Assembly: GCA_042216675.1 (NCBI GenBank)
Contig: JBDGTS010000032.1
Span: forward strand, 1-15,094
Source of the DNA: Halobacteriaceae archaeon
Lineage (GTDB): Archaea > Halobacteriota > Halobacteria > Halobacteriales > Halobacteriaceae
Length of the DNA stretch: 15,094 bases
Direction of reading: 5' to 3'
The translations under genes were made by a program, and so were the position numbers. Under the pieces are notes generated by a model. The model was not told where the DNA came from. It did not search any database and worked only from the letters and a program-made list of their open reading frames with translations. Below, in pieces: positions 1 through 8,837 of this stretch; within the stretch, counting starts at the first letter, position 1; the number at the start of each line of letters is the position of its first letter.

Positions 1-342
1 CTGGAAGCCGTCGTTCACGTCCACGACGAGGATGGCGATGTCCGCCAGCGCGCCCCCGCGCGCCCGAAGCGTCGAGAAGGAGTGATGGCCCGGCGTGTCG
101 ATGAACAGCAGGCCCGGCAGGTCGAACTCCGTGGGGTCGACGAGCGACCCCGCCACGGAGGACACCACGTCGAGTGGCACCTCCGTGGAGCCGATGTGCT
201 GGGTGATAGCGCCGGCTTCGCCCTCGGTGACGGCGGAGCCGCGAATCTTGTCGAGCAAACTCGTCTTGCCGTGGTCAACGTGACCGAGGACTGCGACGAT
301 AGGCGTTCGCAGAGTCTCGGCCGATGTATGGGTCTCCGACAT
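1..342 (-). CDS. infB: Translation initiation factor aIF5B/IF-2, N-terminal part (runs off window start)
   Basis: Not in the ORF track. Manual minus-strand translation from ATG at 342 gives [51 protein letters not shown]...[36 protein letters not shown]. This contains G1 GHVDHGKT, the GAITQHIG switch and G3 DTPGH of IF-2/eIF5B. Confidence 0.97.
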   Translation of the reverse strand, partial: MSETHTSAETLRTPIVAVLGHVDHGKTSLLDKIRGSAVTEGEAGAITQHIGSTEVPLDVVSSVAGSLVDPTEFDLPGLLFIDTPGHHSFSTLRARGGALADIAILVVDVNDGFQ

Positions 343-391
343 GGCTACCACCCGCGAGAACGGTTGTTGTCAGCACGTGGGGGAGCCCCGG

Positions 392-428
392 GTATAACTC
401 CATCGTCACGCCCCCGCGAGTTTTATGT
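392..428. promoter_or_regulatory. Divergent promoter region between infB and the PRC-barrel gene
   Basis: TTTTATG at 421-427 lies about 25-31 nt upstream of ATG 452, which fits a leaderless haloarchaeal promoter. Minus-strand TTATAC (392-397) lies upstream of infB. Confidence 0.55.
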
Positions 429-451
429 GCGCCGCCGCGCATGAATCGCGT

Positions 452-691
452 ATGCCAGACATACTCGCGGAGAACCTGTCGGGGAAGTCCGTGATGGGCG
501 CGGACGGCACCGAACTCGGCATGCTGTACAACATCACGATGGACCTCAAGACCGGGTCGCTCACCGACCTCATCGTCGAACCCGACGAGGAGGCCCCCGA
601 GAGTACCTTCCCCCGCGACGAGGACGGACGGTTCCGCATCGACGTGGGCCGGGTGCAGGCAGTCAAAGACTACATCGTCGTCCAGCGGTAG
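452..691 (+). CDS. cdpB2: PRC-barrel domain protein, likely cell division protein CdpB2 ortholog
   Basis: MPDILAENLSGKSVMGADGTELGMLYNITMDLKTGSLTDLIVEP...VQAVKDYIVV is a typical PRC-barrel. The position between aIF5B and nob1 matches the Haloferax volcanii cdpB2 locus as I recall it. Start at 452 rather than 425 is supported by TATA spacing. Confidence 0.85.
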   Translation: MPDILAENLSGKSVMGADGTELGMLYNITMDLKTGSLTDLIVEPDEEAPESTFPRDEDGRFRIDVGRVQAVKDYIVVQR

Positions 692-1150
692 ATGAACGTT
701 CTCGACACCACGGCCTTCATCGAGGGGTACGAAACCGACGAACCGACCGCGACCATCCCCCGCGTCCGCGAGGAACTCGAAGACGCCTCCGCCTACCGCT
801 TCGACGCGATGGAGGGGTCGGGGATGCACATCCAGATTCCCGACGAGGCGGCCATCGACAGGGTGCGGGCTGCCGCCCGCGAGACGGGTGACCTCGATGC
901 GCTCTCAGAGACGGACGTCCGTCTGCTCGCCGCCGCCTTCGAACTCGACGGCACCGTCGTCACCGACGACTACGCCATCCAGAACGTCGCCGAACGCCTC
1001 GGCGTCCCCGTCGACGTCATCGCCCGCGAGGGCATCACCGAACAGCGAGACTGGCTGTTCCAGTGTGCGGGCTGTGGCCGCGAGTTCGAGGAGGACCGCG
1101 AGCGCTGTCCCATCTGCGGGAGCGACCTGACGCGCAAGAACCCCGCCTAA
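692..1150 (+). CDS. nob1: Nob1 family rRNA maturation endonuclease (PIN domain + Zn ribbon)
   Basis: PIN motifs VLDTTAFI, LSETDVRLLAAA and VVTDDYAIQNVA; C-terminal CAGC...CPICG zinc ribbon. Abuts the upstream stop (TAG-ATG). Confidence 0.93.
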   Translation: MNVLDTTAFIEGYETDEPTATIPRVREELEDASAYRFDAMEGSGMHIQIPDEAAIDRVRAAARETGDLDALSETDVRLLAAAFELDGTVVTDDYAIQNVAERLGVPVDVIAREGITEQRDWLFQCAGCGREFEEDRERCPICGSDLTRKNPA

Positions 1151-1851
1151 ACCACGACGACGGCGAGAAAGGAGACGGCGTTGTACGCGCCGTGAATCGC
1201 CGCCGGCACCGCCACGTTCTCGGTTCGGACGTACGCCGCGCCCAGCACCAGCGACAGCGCGAACACGACGGAGAGCGACGCGACGCCGGCAATCGCGTTC
1301 TCGCCGGCGAGATACGTCGGGCCGTGCATCAGCGCGAAGACGCCGCTCGCGGCGACGACGGCGCCCGGGCGGCCGAGCGGGTCGTACAGGTGCTTCTGGA
1401 TGACGTTTCGGTAGAGCAGTTCCTCGCCCGGTCCCACGAACAGCACCGAGGAGAGGATACCGACGGCGAGAATCAGCGGCCCGCCACCCCGGGCCGCCTC
1501 CGTGGCGCTGTGGCCCGCCGTCTCGACGCCGAGGGCGCCGTAGAGCCAGTCGAGCCCCAGCGCGAGGCCGAGGACGGCCGCGAGGCCCGCGACTGCGACG
1601 CCGACGCCGCGTCCGTCGGGAACGCGCACGTCGAGGAAGTCCCAGTTTCGGCCGCTGTACCGGACGTAGAAGAACGTGACCAACCCCGCCCCGAGGCCGA
1701 GGCCCGCGGCGCTGGCCGCTTGCCGGCCGGCGACTGTCGTCGGGCCGAACAGGTCAGCGAGCGCGATGTAGCACAGCGTCCCGGCGACGAGGCCCGTGAC
1801 GCCGAGGTAGAGCGCCACGCCGCACGCGCGGGCGGCCTTGGCGATGTCCAT
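1147..1851 (-). CDS. CPBP family (CAAX/Abi) intramembrane metalloprotease
   Basis: C-terminal 234 aa of ORF 1147..2400, from MDIAKAAR (ATG at 1851). Multiple TM helices with motifs GPGEELLYRNVIQ, FALMH and AAIHGAYN. Confidence 0.9.
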   Translation of the reverse strand: MDIAKAARACGVALYLGVTGLVAGTLCYIALADLFGPTTVAGRQAASAAGLGLGAGLVTFFYVRYSGRNWDFLDVRVPDGRGVGVAVAGLAAVLGLALGLDWLYGALGVETAGHSATEAARGGGPLILAVGILSSVLFVGPGEELLYRNVIQKHLYDPLGRPGAVVAASGVFALMHGPTYLAGENAIAGVASLSVVFALSLVLGAAYVRTENVAVPAAIHGAYNAVSFLAVVVV

Positions 1852-1885
1852 GTCCGACCCTCGCCGTGGTGGCCTATAGGCCCTG

Positions 1886-3181
1886 CTACTCGCCGTCGAC
1901 GCGGAGCGATGGCTGGTCCTCGACGGCGGCGGACTCGGGCGTCGCCTCGCCCAGCAGGCCCCGCGCCGCGTTCTTGCCCCACTCGACCGCCGGCTGCGTG
2001 AACGTCTCGACGCCGTACAGTTCGCCGGCGAGGATGCAGGCGGCCTCCATCCCGTAGAGGAGCGACCCGAGGTTGTACGCATCGACGCGCTCGATTTCGA
2101 CGCGGACCGTCGGCCGCTCCGCCGCGCCGAGACTCGCCTCCGTCGCGCGGAACTCCGCGTCCAGCAGGTCCCCGAGCGAGGCGTCCCCGAGGTAGTCCAG
2201 CCCCGACAGGTCCGCGGGCGGAATCGCGCGGTCCGTACGCTCTCGCGGCCGGACGAACGAGACCATCTTGTCACGCGGGCCGGCGCGGTACAGCTGGAGC
2301 TGGGAGTGCTGATCCGTCGCCCCGAGCGCCCGCACCGGGGTCTGACCGAGGCCGTCCTTGCCGAGGCTCTCGGCCCACAGCTGTGCGAACCACTCCGCAA
2401 AGGGCTCTAAGGACTCGGCGTAGGGCATCATCACGTTCGTCCCCGCGCCGCGGCAGTCCAGCGCGTACGCCGTCGCGCCGTAGGCGTAGGCCGGGCAGTC
2501 GAACAGCGACCCGGTGAGGCCGTCCGCGGCGTCGGCGGCGCCCGCAAGCAGGGCCTCGACGTCGTGGCCCACCATCGCCGCGACGGGGAGTCCGACCGTC
2601 GAGAGCGCGGCGAAGCGACCCGGTACGCCCTCGGGGGCGTCGAGTGCCGGCAGGTCGTGCTTTTCGGCCAAGTCGCGGAGGTTCCCCTCCGGTCCCGTGG
2701 TGACCAACGTTCGCGCCGTCCAGTCGACGCCAGCCTCCTCGAACGCCCTGCGGACGACGAGGAAGTTCGCCAGCGTCTCCGCCGTCGTCCCCGACCGGGA
2801 GACGACGTGGACGGCCGTCTCGGCGAGCGGAACCTCGTCGAGGACCGCGGTCACGCGCTCCGGGTCCACGTTGTCGAGGAAGTACGTCGGCGTGTCGCCC
2901 CCGAGTGCGTTCGCGACGGTGGCCGCGCCGAGCGAACTGCCGCCGATGCCGAGCGTCAGGACTGCCTCGGCGTCGGCGAACGGTTCGACGGCGTCCCGAA
3001 TCGCCTCCGCGTCGACGCGCTCGGGGAGGTTCAGCGCCGCGTAGCCGAACTCGCCGCGCTCCCTGCCCGCCGCGATTCGGTCGTGTGCCCGTCCGACTCG
3101 CTCGTCCAGTCGCGCCAGCGCGTCTCGGGAGACGCCCGGGGCGGCCGCGTCCGCGAGTGCGTTGCCGATGTCGACGTCCAT
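1886..3181 (-). CDS. pgi: Glucose-6-phosphate isomerase
   Basis: PGI motifs LGIGGSSLG, VVSRSGTTAET, VPGRF, QLWAESLGK, GATDQHSQLQLY and FTQPAVEWGK. Confidence 0.96.
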   Translation of the reverse strand: MDVDIGNALADAAAPGVSRDALARLDERVGRAHDRIAAGRERGEFGYAALNLPERVDAEAIRDAVEPFADAEAVLTLGIGGSSLGAATVANALGGDTPTYFLDNVDPERVTAVLDEVPLAETAVHVVSRSGTTAETLANFLVVRRAFEEAGVDWTARTLVTTGPEGNLRDLAEKHDLPALDAPEGVPGRFAALSTVGLPVAAMVGHDVEALLAGAADAADGLTGSLFDCPAYAYGATAYALDCRGAGTNVMMPYAESLEPFAEWFAQLWAESLGKDGLGQTPVRALGATDQHSQLQLYRAGPRDKMVSFVRPRERTDRAIPPADLSGLDYLGDASLGDLLDAEFRATEASLGAAERPTVRVEIERVDAYNLGSLLYGMEAACILAGELYGVETFTQPAVEWGKNAARGLLGEATPESAAVEDQPSLRVDGE

Positions 3182-3263
3182 GCCAGTTCCACCGGCGGGC
3201 GCGGTGAAATGCCTTCGCGTCGAAGCCGATGGGCATTAACCCTCGACCGTCCAACCTCGACTA

Positions 3264-3779
3264 ATGGCGGACGACGACGCGTACGACGGCGTCATCGGCG
3301 CGGTGCGGTACAGCTACGGCGAGAGCGAGTCGCGGCTGTTCCGCTCCTACGTCGCCGTGGGGTCGCTCGTCACCCTGTTCGTCTCGCTGCTGTTCGTGAG
3401 CGGCATCGTGACCCTCATCGCGGCCACGACGGGGGGAACTGGCGGCAACCTCACCGTCGTCCGCGCCTTCTTCGTCGTCGTGCTGTTGGTCACCATCGCG
3501 CCCATCCTCGCGCCCGTCCTCGTCGTCGCGCGGCGCATCCGACGGGGCGTAGGGCCGGCCGTCCGCACCCAGTTCGGCTACGGCCTCGCGGGCTACGGCT
3601 ATCTCGTGGCCCTGTACCTCGGCGTCGTCGTCTGGGCGCCCGAGGCCACCGAACCCCCGGCGGCGGGCGCGTTCGCGCCGGTCATCGCCGCGCTCAACGC
3701 AGCCCCCGACGTGTGGGGCCTCGCGTTCCCCGCCGTCGCGGCGGCGGCGCTGGCCGTTCTGCTCCGGGTCGTCAAGTAG
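3264..3779 (+). CDS. Conserved haloarchaeal hypothetical membrane protein (~4 TM)
   Basis: 171 aa with host-like codon usage and four hydrophobic segments. CATTAAC TATA-like element at 3234-3240, about 24-30 nt upstream. Confidence 0.8.
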   Translation: MADDDAYDGVIGAVRYSYGESESRLFRSYVAVGSLVTLFVSLLFVSGIVTLIAATTGGTGGNLTVVRAFFVVVLLVTIAPILAPVLVVARRIRRGVGPAVRTQFGYGLAGYGYLVALYLGVVVWAPEATEPPAAGAFAPVIAALNAAPDVWGLAFPAVAAAALAVLLRVVK

Positions 3780-3806
3780 TTACGGCCCGCTCCCCTACTC
3801 GCGTCC

Positions 3807-4262
3807 ATGTCGAAGCGCGGAACGTTCCTCGTCACCGCCGCCGACGAGGACTCGGCCGTCCTCCGCGACGTGGCCGCGGGGCAGGTCCACGCCCTCGCGA
3901 GCAATCCGGACGTGGAGGAGGGAGACGTACTGGACGCGACCATCGCCCCGGAGCCACCGCTGGAGGTGACGTGGACCGTCGAGGACGTGACGGCCCGGCG
4001 CTCCGTGACGGTCGAACGCGTCGACGAGCGACCGGACGAGCGGGCCCGCGAGGCCGCCGCGGACCTCGACGTCGGGGAAATCGCGACGCTGGAGTCTCAC
4101 GCCGGCGAGACGCACGTCATCGCGGTGTCGCCCGAGCGGACGGCGGCCGCGGCCGACGAGGTGGCGGCCGACGACGGCACCCAAGAGCGAGCGGCCAGCC
4201 TCGGCGCCGAGCGCGTGTCGGTGCGGGCCGCAGACGGCGTCGTAAGCGTCAGGTACCGATAG
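3807..4262 (+). CDS. Conserved haloarchaeal hypothetical protein (DUF5812-like)
   Basis: Acidic 151-aa protein (GTFLVTAADEDSAVLRDV...GQVHAL...VVSVRY). The family name is recalled from similar proteins upstream of secF and is unverified. Confidence 0.7.
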   Translation: MSKRGTFLVTAADEDSAVLRDVAAGQVHALASNPDVEEGDVLDATIAPEPPLEVTWTVEDVTARRSVTVERVDERPDERAREAAADLDVGEIATLESHAGETHVIAVSPERTAAAADEVAADDGTQERAASLGAERVSVRAADGVVSVRYR

Positions 4263-4301
4263 ATAAGAAGGCTTATTCGGGAGCCTACACGACCGAACGC
4301 C

Positions 4302-5189
4302 ATGGCTGCTTTCGACGTACCGGAGGTCGATTACACCCGGTACACGAACCGCCAACTGGTGGCGGTTCCCCTCGCCGTCTTGCTCGTCGCTCTCGCCGTC
4401 CTCGGTGGCTGGTACGTCGCCACCGGCTCACCGGTGACGCCCGGCATCGACTTCACCGGCGGGACGGAACTCACGATAGAGACGACCGCCAGTCAGGGTG
4501 AGGTGGCCGCCGCCTTCGACGGCGTCGCCGAACCCGAGTCCATCCAGCAAGTGCAGGCCGGCGGCGGCAACACGTACATCGTGACGTTCCAGTCGACGGG
4601 TGTCGACGCGCTCCGGTCGGCGGCGAACCAGCTCCCAGCCGCGGCCGGGAACGAGGACGCCGTCCAGTCCATCTCCGCCACCTCCGCCGCGTTCGGCGCC
4701 GAGGCCCAGGAGACGGCGGTGCTGGGCGTCGTCATCGCGTTCGCCGGGATGAGCGTCCTCGCCTTCCTCCTGTTCCGCACGTTCGTCCCGAGTCTCGCCA
4801 TCGTCCTCTCCGCGTTCAGCGACATCGTCGTGCCCCTCGCAGTCCTCAACATCGTCGGCGCGAAACTGTCGCTTGGCACCGTCGCGGGGCTGTTGATGAT
4901 CATCGGGTATTCGGTGGACTCGGACATTCTGCTGACGAACCACGTCCTCCGGCGTTCGGGTGACTTCTACGAGAGCGCCGCCCGCGCGATGCGGACCGGC
5001 GTGACGATGACAGTCACCTCCATCGCGGCGATGGCCGTGATGGCGATTGCGGCGTACCTCTTCGGCATCGACCTGTTGGCCTCCATCGGCCTCGTGCTGG
5101 TGGTGGGGCTGACGACTGATCTCGTGAACACCTACATGTTCAACTACGCGCTCCTCCGCTGGTACAAGTTCGAGGGGGTGGCCCAATGA
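4302..5189 (+). CDS. secF: Protein translocase subunit SecF
   Basis: GIDFTGGTE motif, LLMIIGYSVDSDILL motif, 6-TM layout. TTATT promoter element about 4273-4277. ATGA overlap with secD. Confidence 0.96.
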   Translation: MAAFDVPEVDYTRYTNRQLVAVPLAVLLVALAVLGGWYVATGSPVTPGIDFTGGTELTIETTASQGEVAAAFDGVAEPESIQQVQAGGGNTYIVTFQSTGVDALRSAANQLPAAAGNEDAVQSISATSAAFGAEAQETAVLGVVIAFAGMSVLAFLLFRTFVPSLAIVLSAFSDIVVPLAVLNIVGAKLSLGTVAGLLMIIGYSVDSDILLTNHVLRRSGDFYESAARAMRTGVTMTVTSIAAMAVMAIAAYLFGIDLLASIGLVLVVGLTTDLVNTYMFNYALLRWYKFEGVAQ

Positions 5190-6754
5190 GCCTCCGCGAC
5201 AACTGGCGGCTGATCCTCCTCGCCGCACTCCTCGTCACCTCCACGTTCGCGCTGTTCGGCCCCGGCGTCGGCACGGGCGACGCGGAAATCGCCCCCAGCG
5301 CCGGCCAAGTGACGACGAACCTCGCGTACGGCATCCAACTCGACGGCGGGACGCGGCTTCGCGCGCCCGTCGCCGGCTGGACCGCCGAGAACGTGACCGC
5401 CGACCCCGGCAACGTCACCGCCATCGTCGCCGCGGAGTTGAATCTCGATCAGATCGACGTGGCGAGCGTTCAGACCGGGTCCGGCCCCGGCGTCGCCGTC
5501 GAGATTCGCGCGCGGAACGTCACCCGTGCCGAGGCCGCCGCGGCGTTCGCCGCCGCGGGGGTCGACGTGAACAGTTCCGCCGTCACCCTCCGACAGGGCG
5601 TCACCAAGCCGACCCGACAGGAGATGGTGAGCGTCATCAACGCCAAGATATCCGAATCCGGACTCAGCGGGGGGTCGGTCCACATCGCCTCGACCGTCGG
5701 CGGCCAGAACTACATCGTCGTCGAGGCGCCCAACCGCGGCGCGGACGAACTCGAACGCCTCCTGCGCGAACGCGGCGTCGTCACCATCGACGCGTTCTAC
5801 CCCACGAACGGCAATCACACGCGGGAGACGGTCCTCCGGAAGTCCGACCTCGCCGACATCGGCGCGCCCCAGACCGCACAAGGCGGTGACGGCGCCGTCG
5901 TCCCCCTGACGGTGAAAGACAGCGAGGCCGAGCGGTTCGCACAGGACATGGTCGACGCCGGCTTCGTCCCCGCCAACGCCGACACCATCGCCGGCGGCCA
6001 GCGCTACATCAGCTGCGACTACGAGAGCCGGTCCGGCCGGTGTCTGCTGGTGGTCTCCGACGAGGAAGTCGTGAGTAGCTTCGGGATGTACGCGTCGCTC
6101 GCGGAGTCGTTCCAGAACGGTGACTTCGCGCGCGACCCCACCTTCCAGATGCAGGTGGAGAACATGAGCGAGGCGCGCACGCTCGCCGTGAACCTCCGTG
6201 CGGGTGCGCTCCCCGCGCCGCTGGACTTCGCGGAGCGCGACCTGTTCACCATCGAACCGGCGCTGGCCCAGCAGTTCAAACTGTACTCGCTGGTCACCGG
6301 CATCCTCGCGGTGCTGGCGGTCAGCCTCGTCGTCTTCCTCCGCTACGGCGACGTGCGGGTGGCCGCGCCGATGGTCGTCACCGCCCTCTCGGAGGTGGTG
6401 CTGTTGCTCGGCTTCGCGGCGGCGATCAAGTATCCGCTCGACCTCTCGGTCATCGCCGGGTTCATCGCCGTCATCGGGACCGGGGTGGACGACCTCGTCA
6501 TCATCGCCGACGAGGTGATGTCAGAGGGTGACGTGAGTTCGTCGCGGGTGTTCCAGTCCCGCTTCCGCAAGGCGCTGTGGGTCATCGGTGCCGCGGCGGC
6601 GACGACGATTCTCGCGATGAGTCCCCTCGCCTTCCTGTCGCTGGGCGACCTGCAGGGCTTCGCCATCGTGACCATCCTCGGCGTCCTCATCGGCGTTCTC
6701 ATCACCCGTCCCGCGTACGGCGACGTGCTCCGGATGCTGCTGACCGACCGCTGA
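5186..6754 (+). CDS. secD: Protein translocase subunit SecD
   Basis: YGIQLDGGTR, large extracytoplasmic domain, NLRAGALPAPL, IAVIGTGVDDLVIIADE and GFAIVTILGVLIG. Archaeal secF-secD order. Confidence 0.96.
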   Translation: MSLRDNWRLILLAALLVTSTFALFGPGVGTGDAEIAPSAGQVTTNLAYGIQLDGGTRLRAPVAGWTAENVTADPGNVTAIVAAELNLDQIDVASVQTGSGPGVAVEIRARNVTRAEAAAAFAAAGVDVNSSAVTLRQGVTKPTRQEMVSVINAKISESGLSGGSVHIASTVGGQNYIVVEAPNRGADELERLLRERGVVTIDAFYPTNGNHTRETVLRKSDLADIGAPQTAQGGDGAVVPLTVKDSEAERFAQDMVDAGFVPANADTIAGGQRYISCDYESRSGRCLLVVSDEEVVSSFGMYASLAESFQNGDFARDPTFQMQVENMSEARTLAVNLRAGALPAPLDFAERDLFTIEPALAQQFKLYSLVTGILAVLAVSLVVFLRYGDVRVAAPMVVTALSEVVLLLGFAAAIKYPLDLSVIAGFIAVIGTGVDDLVIIADEVMSEGDVSSSRVFQSRFRKALWVIGAAAATTILAMSPLAFLSLGDLQGFAIVTILGVLIGVLITRPAYGDVLRMLLTDR

Positions 6755-6764
6755 CCGCGCGAAC

Positions 6765-6770
6765 TTTTTT
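6765..6770 (+). terminator. T6 tract: probable secFD terminator, possibly also TATA element of the MFS gene
   Basis: TTTTTT 10 nt after the secD stop, preceded by CGAAC, and 28-33 nt before ATG 6798. Confidence 0.45.
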
Positions 6771-6797
6771 GGTCGCTCGTCTCCCTGCTTCTGACAG

Positions 6798-8156
6798 ATG
6801 AGCGAGGAGGGGCCGAGCGCGTTCGATACCGTCCGGCAGTTCTTCGCGCTGGAACGCGACGTGCTGGTGCTGTCGCTGGCGATGTTCGCGTTCAGCCTCG
6901 GCTTCCAGATGACGAGCCGGTTCCTCCCGGACTACCTGTACGCGCTGGGGGCCAGCGGCGCCGTCGTCGGTCTCTTCGGCACCGTGGGGAACGTCATCAG
7001 CGCCGTCTACCCCTATCCCGGCGGCGCCGTGTCGGACCGACTCGGCTCGCGGTACGCGCTGACGCTCTTCGGCCTGCTCTCGACGCTCGGCTTCGCCGTC
7101 TGGTTGCTCGCGCCGACCATCGGCCACGTCGCCGTCGGCGGCGTCGTCGTCGCGCCGTGGATCTGGATTTTCGTCGGCCTGTTCCTCGCGCAAGCGTGGA
7201 AGTCGTTCGGCCTCGGCGCGACGTTCGCCGTCGTGAAGCAGGCCACCGACCCGTCGCGGCTGGCGGCCGGGTTCGCCAGCACCGAGGTGGTCCGCCGAAC
7301 GGCGTTCTTCGTCGGCCCGGTGCTGGCGGCCGTCCTCATCAGTCTCCACCCCGACACCGTCGGCGGCTACCAGTACGTCCTCGCGGCGGGCGTCGTCGCC
7401 GGCGCGGCGGGCACCGTGGCCCAGCACTTACTCTACGACGCGAGCGAGGACACCATCGGCAGTTCGTTCGCGGGTCTCGCGCAACTGCGGGCGGACCTGC
7501 GAGAGATGCCGTCGACACTCCGGCCGCTACTCGTCGGCGACACGCTCGTCCGGTTCGCGAACGGGATGGTGTACGTCTTCTTCATCCTCGTCGTCACGCG
7601 ACTCAACGACGTGGGGTTCGCGACGACGCTCTCGCTCCCGTGGGGGCGGTGGGCTATTCACCTCTCGCCGCAGGCGTTCTTCGGCACCCTGCTCGGCGTC
7701 GAGATGGCGGTGGCGCTCCTCGTGATGATGCCCGCCGCGAAGGTCGCCGAGCGGGTGGGGCTGAAGCCGGTCGTCGCCACCGGGTTCCTCGTGTACGCCG
7801 TGTTTCCCGTCGTCTTCATCGTCGCGCCGGCCGACCCGGCGGTGTACGCGGCGCTCTTCGCGTTCTCCGGGCTCCGATTCGCCGGCCTGCCCGCGCACAA
7901 GGCGCTCATCGTCGGCCCGGCGGAGCGAAACGCCGGCGGCCGGGTGACGGGGACGTACTACCTCCTGCGGAACACCGTCGTCATTCCGAGCGCCGCGCTC
8001 GGGGGCGTGCTGTGGGACGGCCTCCGCCACCCGCTCACGGGCGAGACGCTGTTCGCGGGCGACCCGACGTTCGCGTTCACCCTCGCCTCCGCCATCGGCC
8101 TCGTCGGGACGGCGTACTTCCTCGTCTTCGGCGAGGAGTTCGACGCCTACCGCTAG
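6798..8156 (+). CDS. MFS transporter
   Basis: About 12 TM segments; MFS motif A variants GGAVSDRLGSRYAL and AKVAERVGLKPV. Confidence 0.92.
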   Translation: MSEEGPSAFDTVRQFFALERDVLVLSLAMFAFSLGFQMTSRFLPDYLYALGASGAVVGLFGTVGNVISAVYPYPGGAVSDRLGSRYALTLFGLLSTLGFAVWLLAPTIGHVAVGGVVVAPWIWIFVGLFLAQAWKSFGLGATFAVVKQATDPSRLAAGFASTEVVRRTAFFVGPVLAAVLISLHPDTVGGYQYVLAAGVVAGAAGTVAQHLLYDASEDTIGSSFAGLAQLRADLREMPSTLRPLLVGDTLVRFANGMVYVFFILVVTRLNDVGFATTLSLPWGRWAIHLSPQAFFGTLLGVEMAVALLVMMPAAKVAERVGLKPVVATGFLVYAVFPVVFIVAPADPAVYAALFAFSGLRFAGLPAHKALIVGPAERNAGGRVTGTYYLLRNTVVIPSAALGGVLWDGLRHPLTGETLFAGDPTFAFTLASAIGLVGTAYFLVFGEEFDAYR

Positions 8157-8800
8157 AAGTCGCCGAGGTCGGACTGCTCCGCCGCGGCCAACACGTCGTC
8201 ACAGGTGGCCCACGACTCGCGGGCGCAGTCGGGCAGTTCGCCGTTGGCGTCGACGTACTCGGCGAGAAAGGCCCGCGTGTCGGGGTCGCTCGGATAGCCG
8301 GACCCCACGTCCGCCGCGTAGCGCTCCCCGATGGCCCCGACGTGGGCGTCGCGGGCGACTTTCGCGACGATGGACGCCGCGGCGACGGCGGCGTGTTCGT
8401 CGTCGGCCCCGTGTTCGGCGCGCACCGTCACCGACGGGTCGACTCGGTCCGCGAGGCGGCGGCCGAACCGCGCTTCGTCCGTGTCGCCCGCGTCGGCGCG
8501 CACGAGCAACCCGTCGTCGGCGAGGGGGGCCAGCGCCGCGGCGTGGGCGGCCAGCGTCAGGCCGTTCATGTCCGTCTCGGGGTCGTCGATGCGTTCGACG
8601 GGAATCTCGGCGACGGAGACGGCGACCCCGTCGTCGGCGCGGAGTCGCGCGGCGAGTTGCTCGCGGCGCTCCGGGGCGAGCCGTTTCGAGTCCGCGACGC
8701 CGTCGGGAAGCCGTTCGGGCGCGGCACGGACACAGCCAGCGAACATCGACCCGAGGACCGGTCCCTTGCCGGCCTCGTCGGTCCCGGCCACCTGCTCCAT
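8153..8800 (-). CDS. rnhB: Ribonuclease HII
   Basis: GTDEAGKGPVLG, GVADSKRL, VAAASIVAKVARD and GSGYPSDPDT motifs. Confidence 0.96.
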   Translation of the reverse strand: MEQVAGTDEAGKGPVLGSMFAGCVRAAPERLPDGVADSKRLAPERREQLAARLRADDGVAVSVAEIPVERIDDPETDMNGLTLAAHAAALAPLADDGLLVRADAGDTDEARFGRRLADRVDPSVTVRAEHGADDEHAAVAAASIVAKVARDAHVGAIGERYAADVGSGYPSDPDTRAFLAEYVDANGELPDCARESWATCDDVLAAAEQSDLGDF

Positions 8801-8837
8801 ACCGACGGGCGGCCCGGCGGCGACAAAGCCCTGCCGG

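Noticed and set aside
1852-2400. N-terminal extension of the CPBP ORF (417 aa in the track)
   Set aside because: It is an alternate frame inside pgi; the hydrophobic protein starts at 1851.
2564-4501. 645-aa plus-strand ORF, and similar long ORFs 1063..2001, 2271..3254, 4428..5228, 7157..8908, 9021..10553 and 11401..12219
   Set aside because: Arg/Gly/Pro-rich shadow frames overlapping well-supported genes, expected in high-GC DNA.
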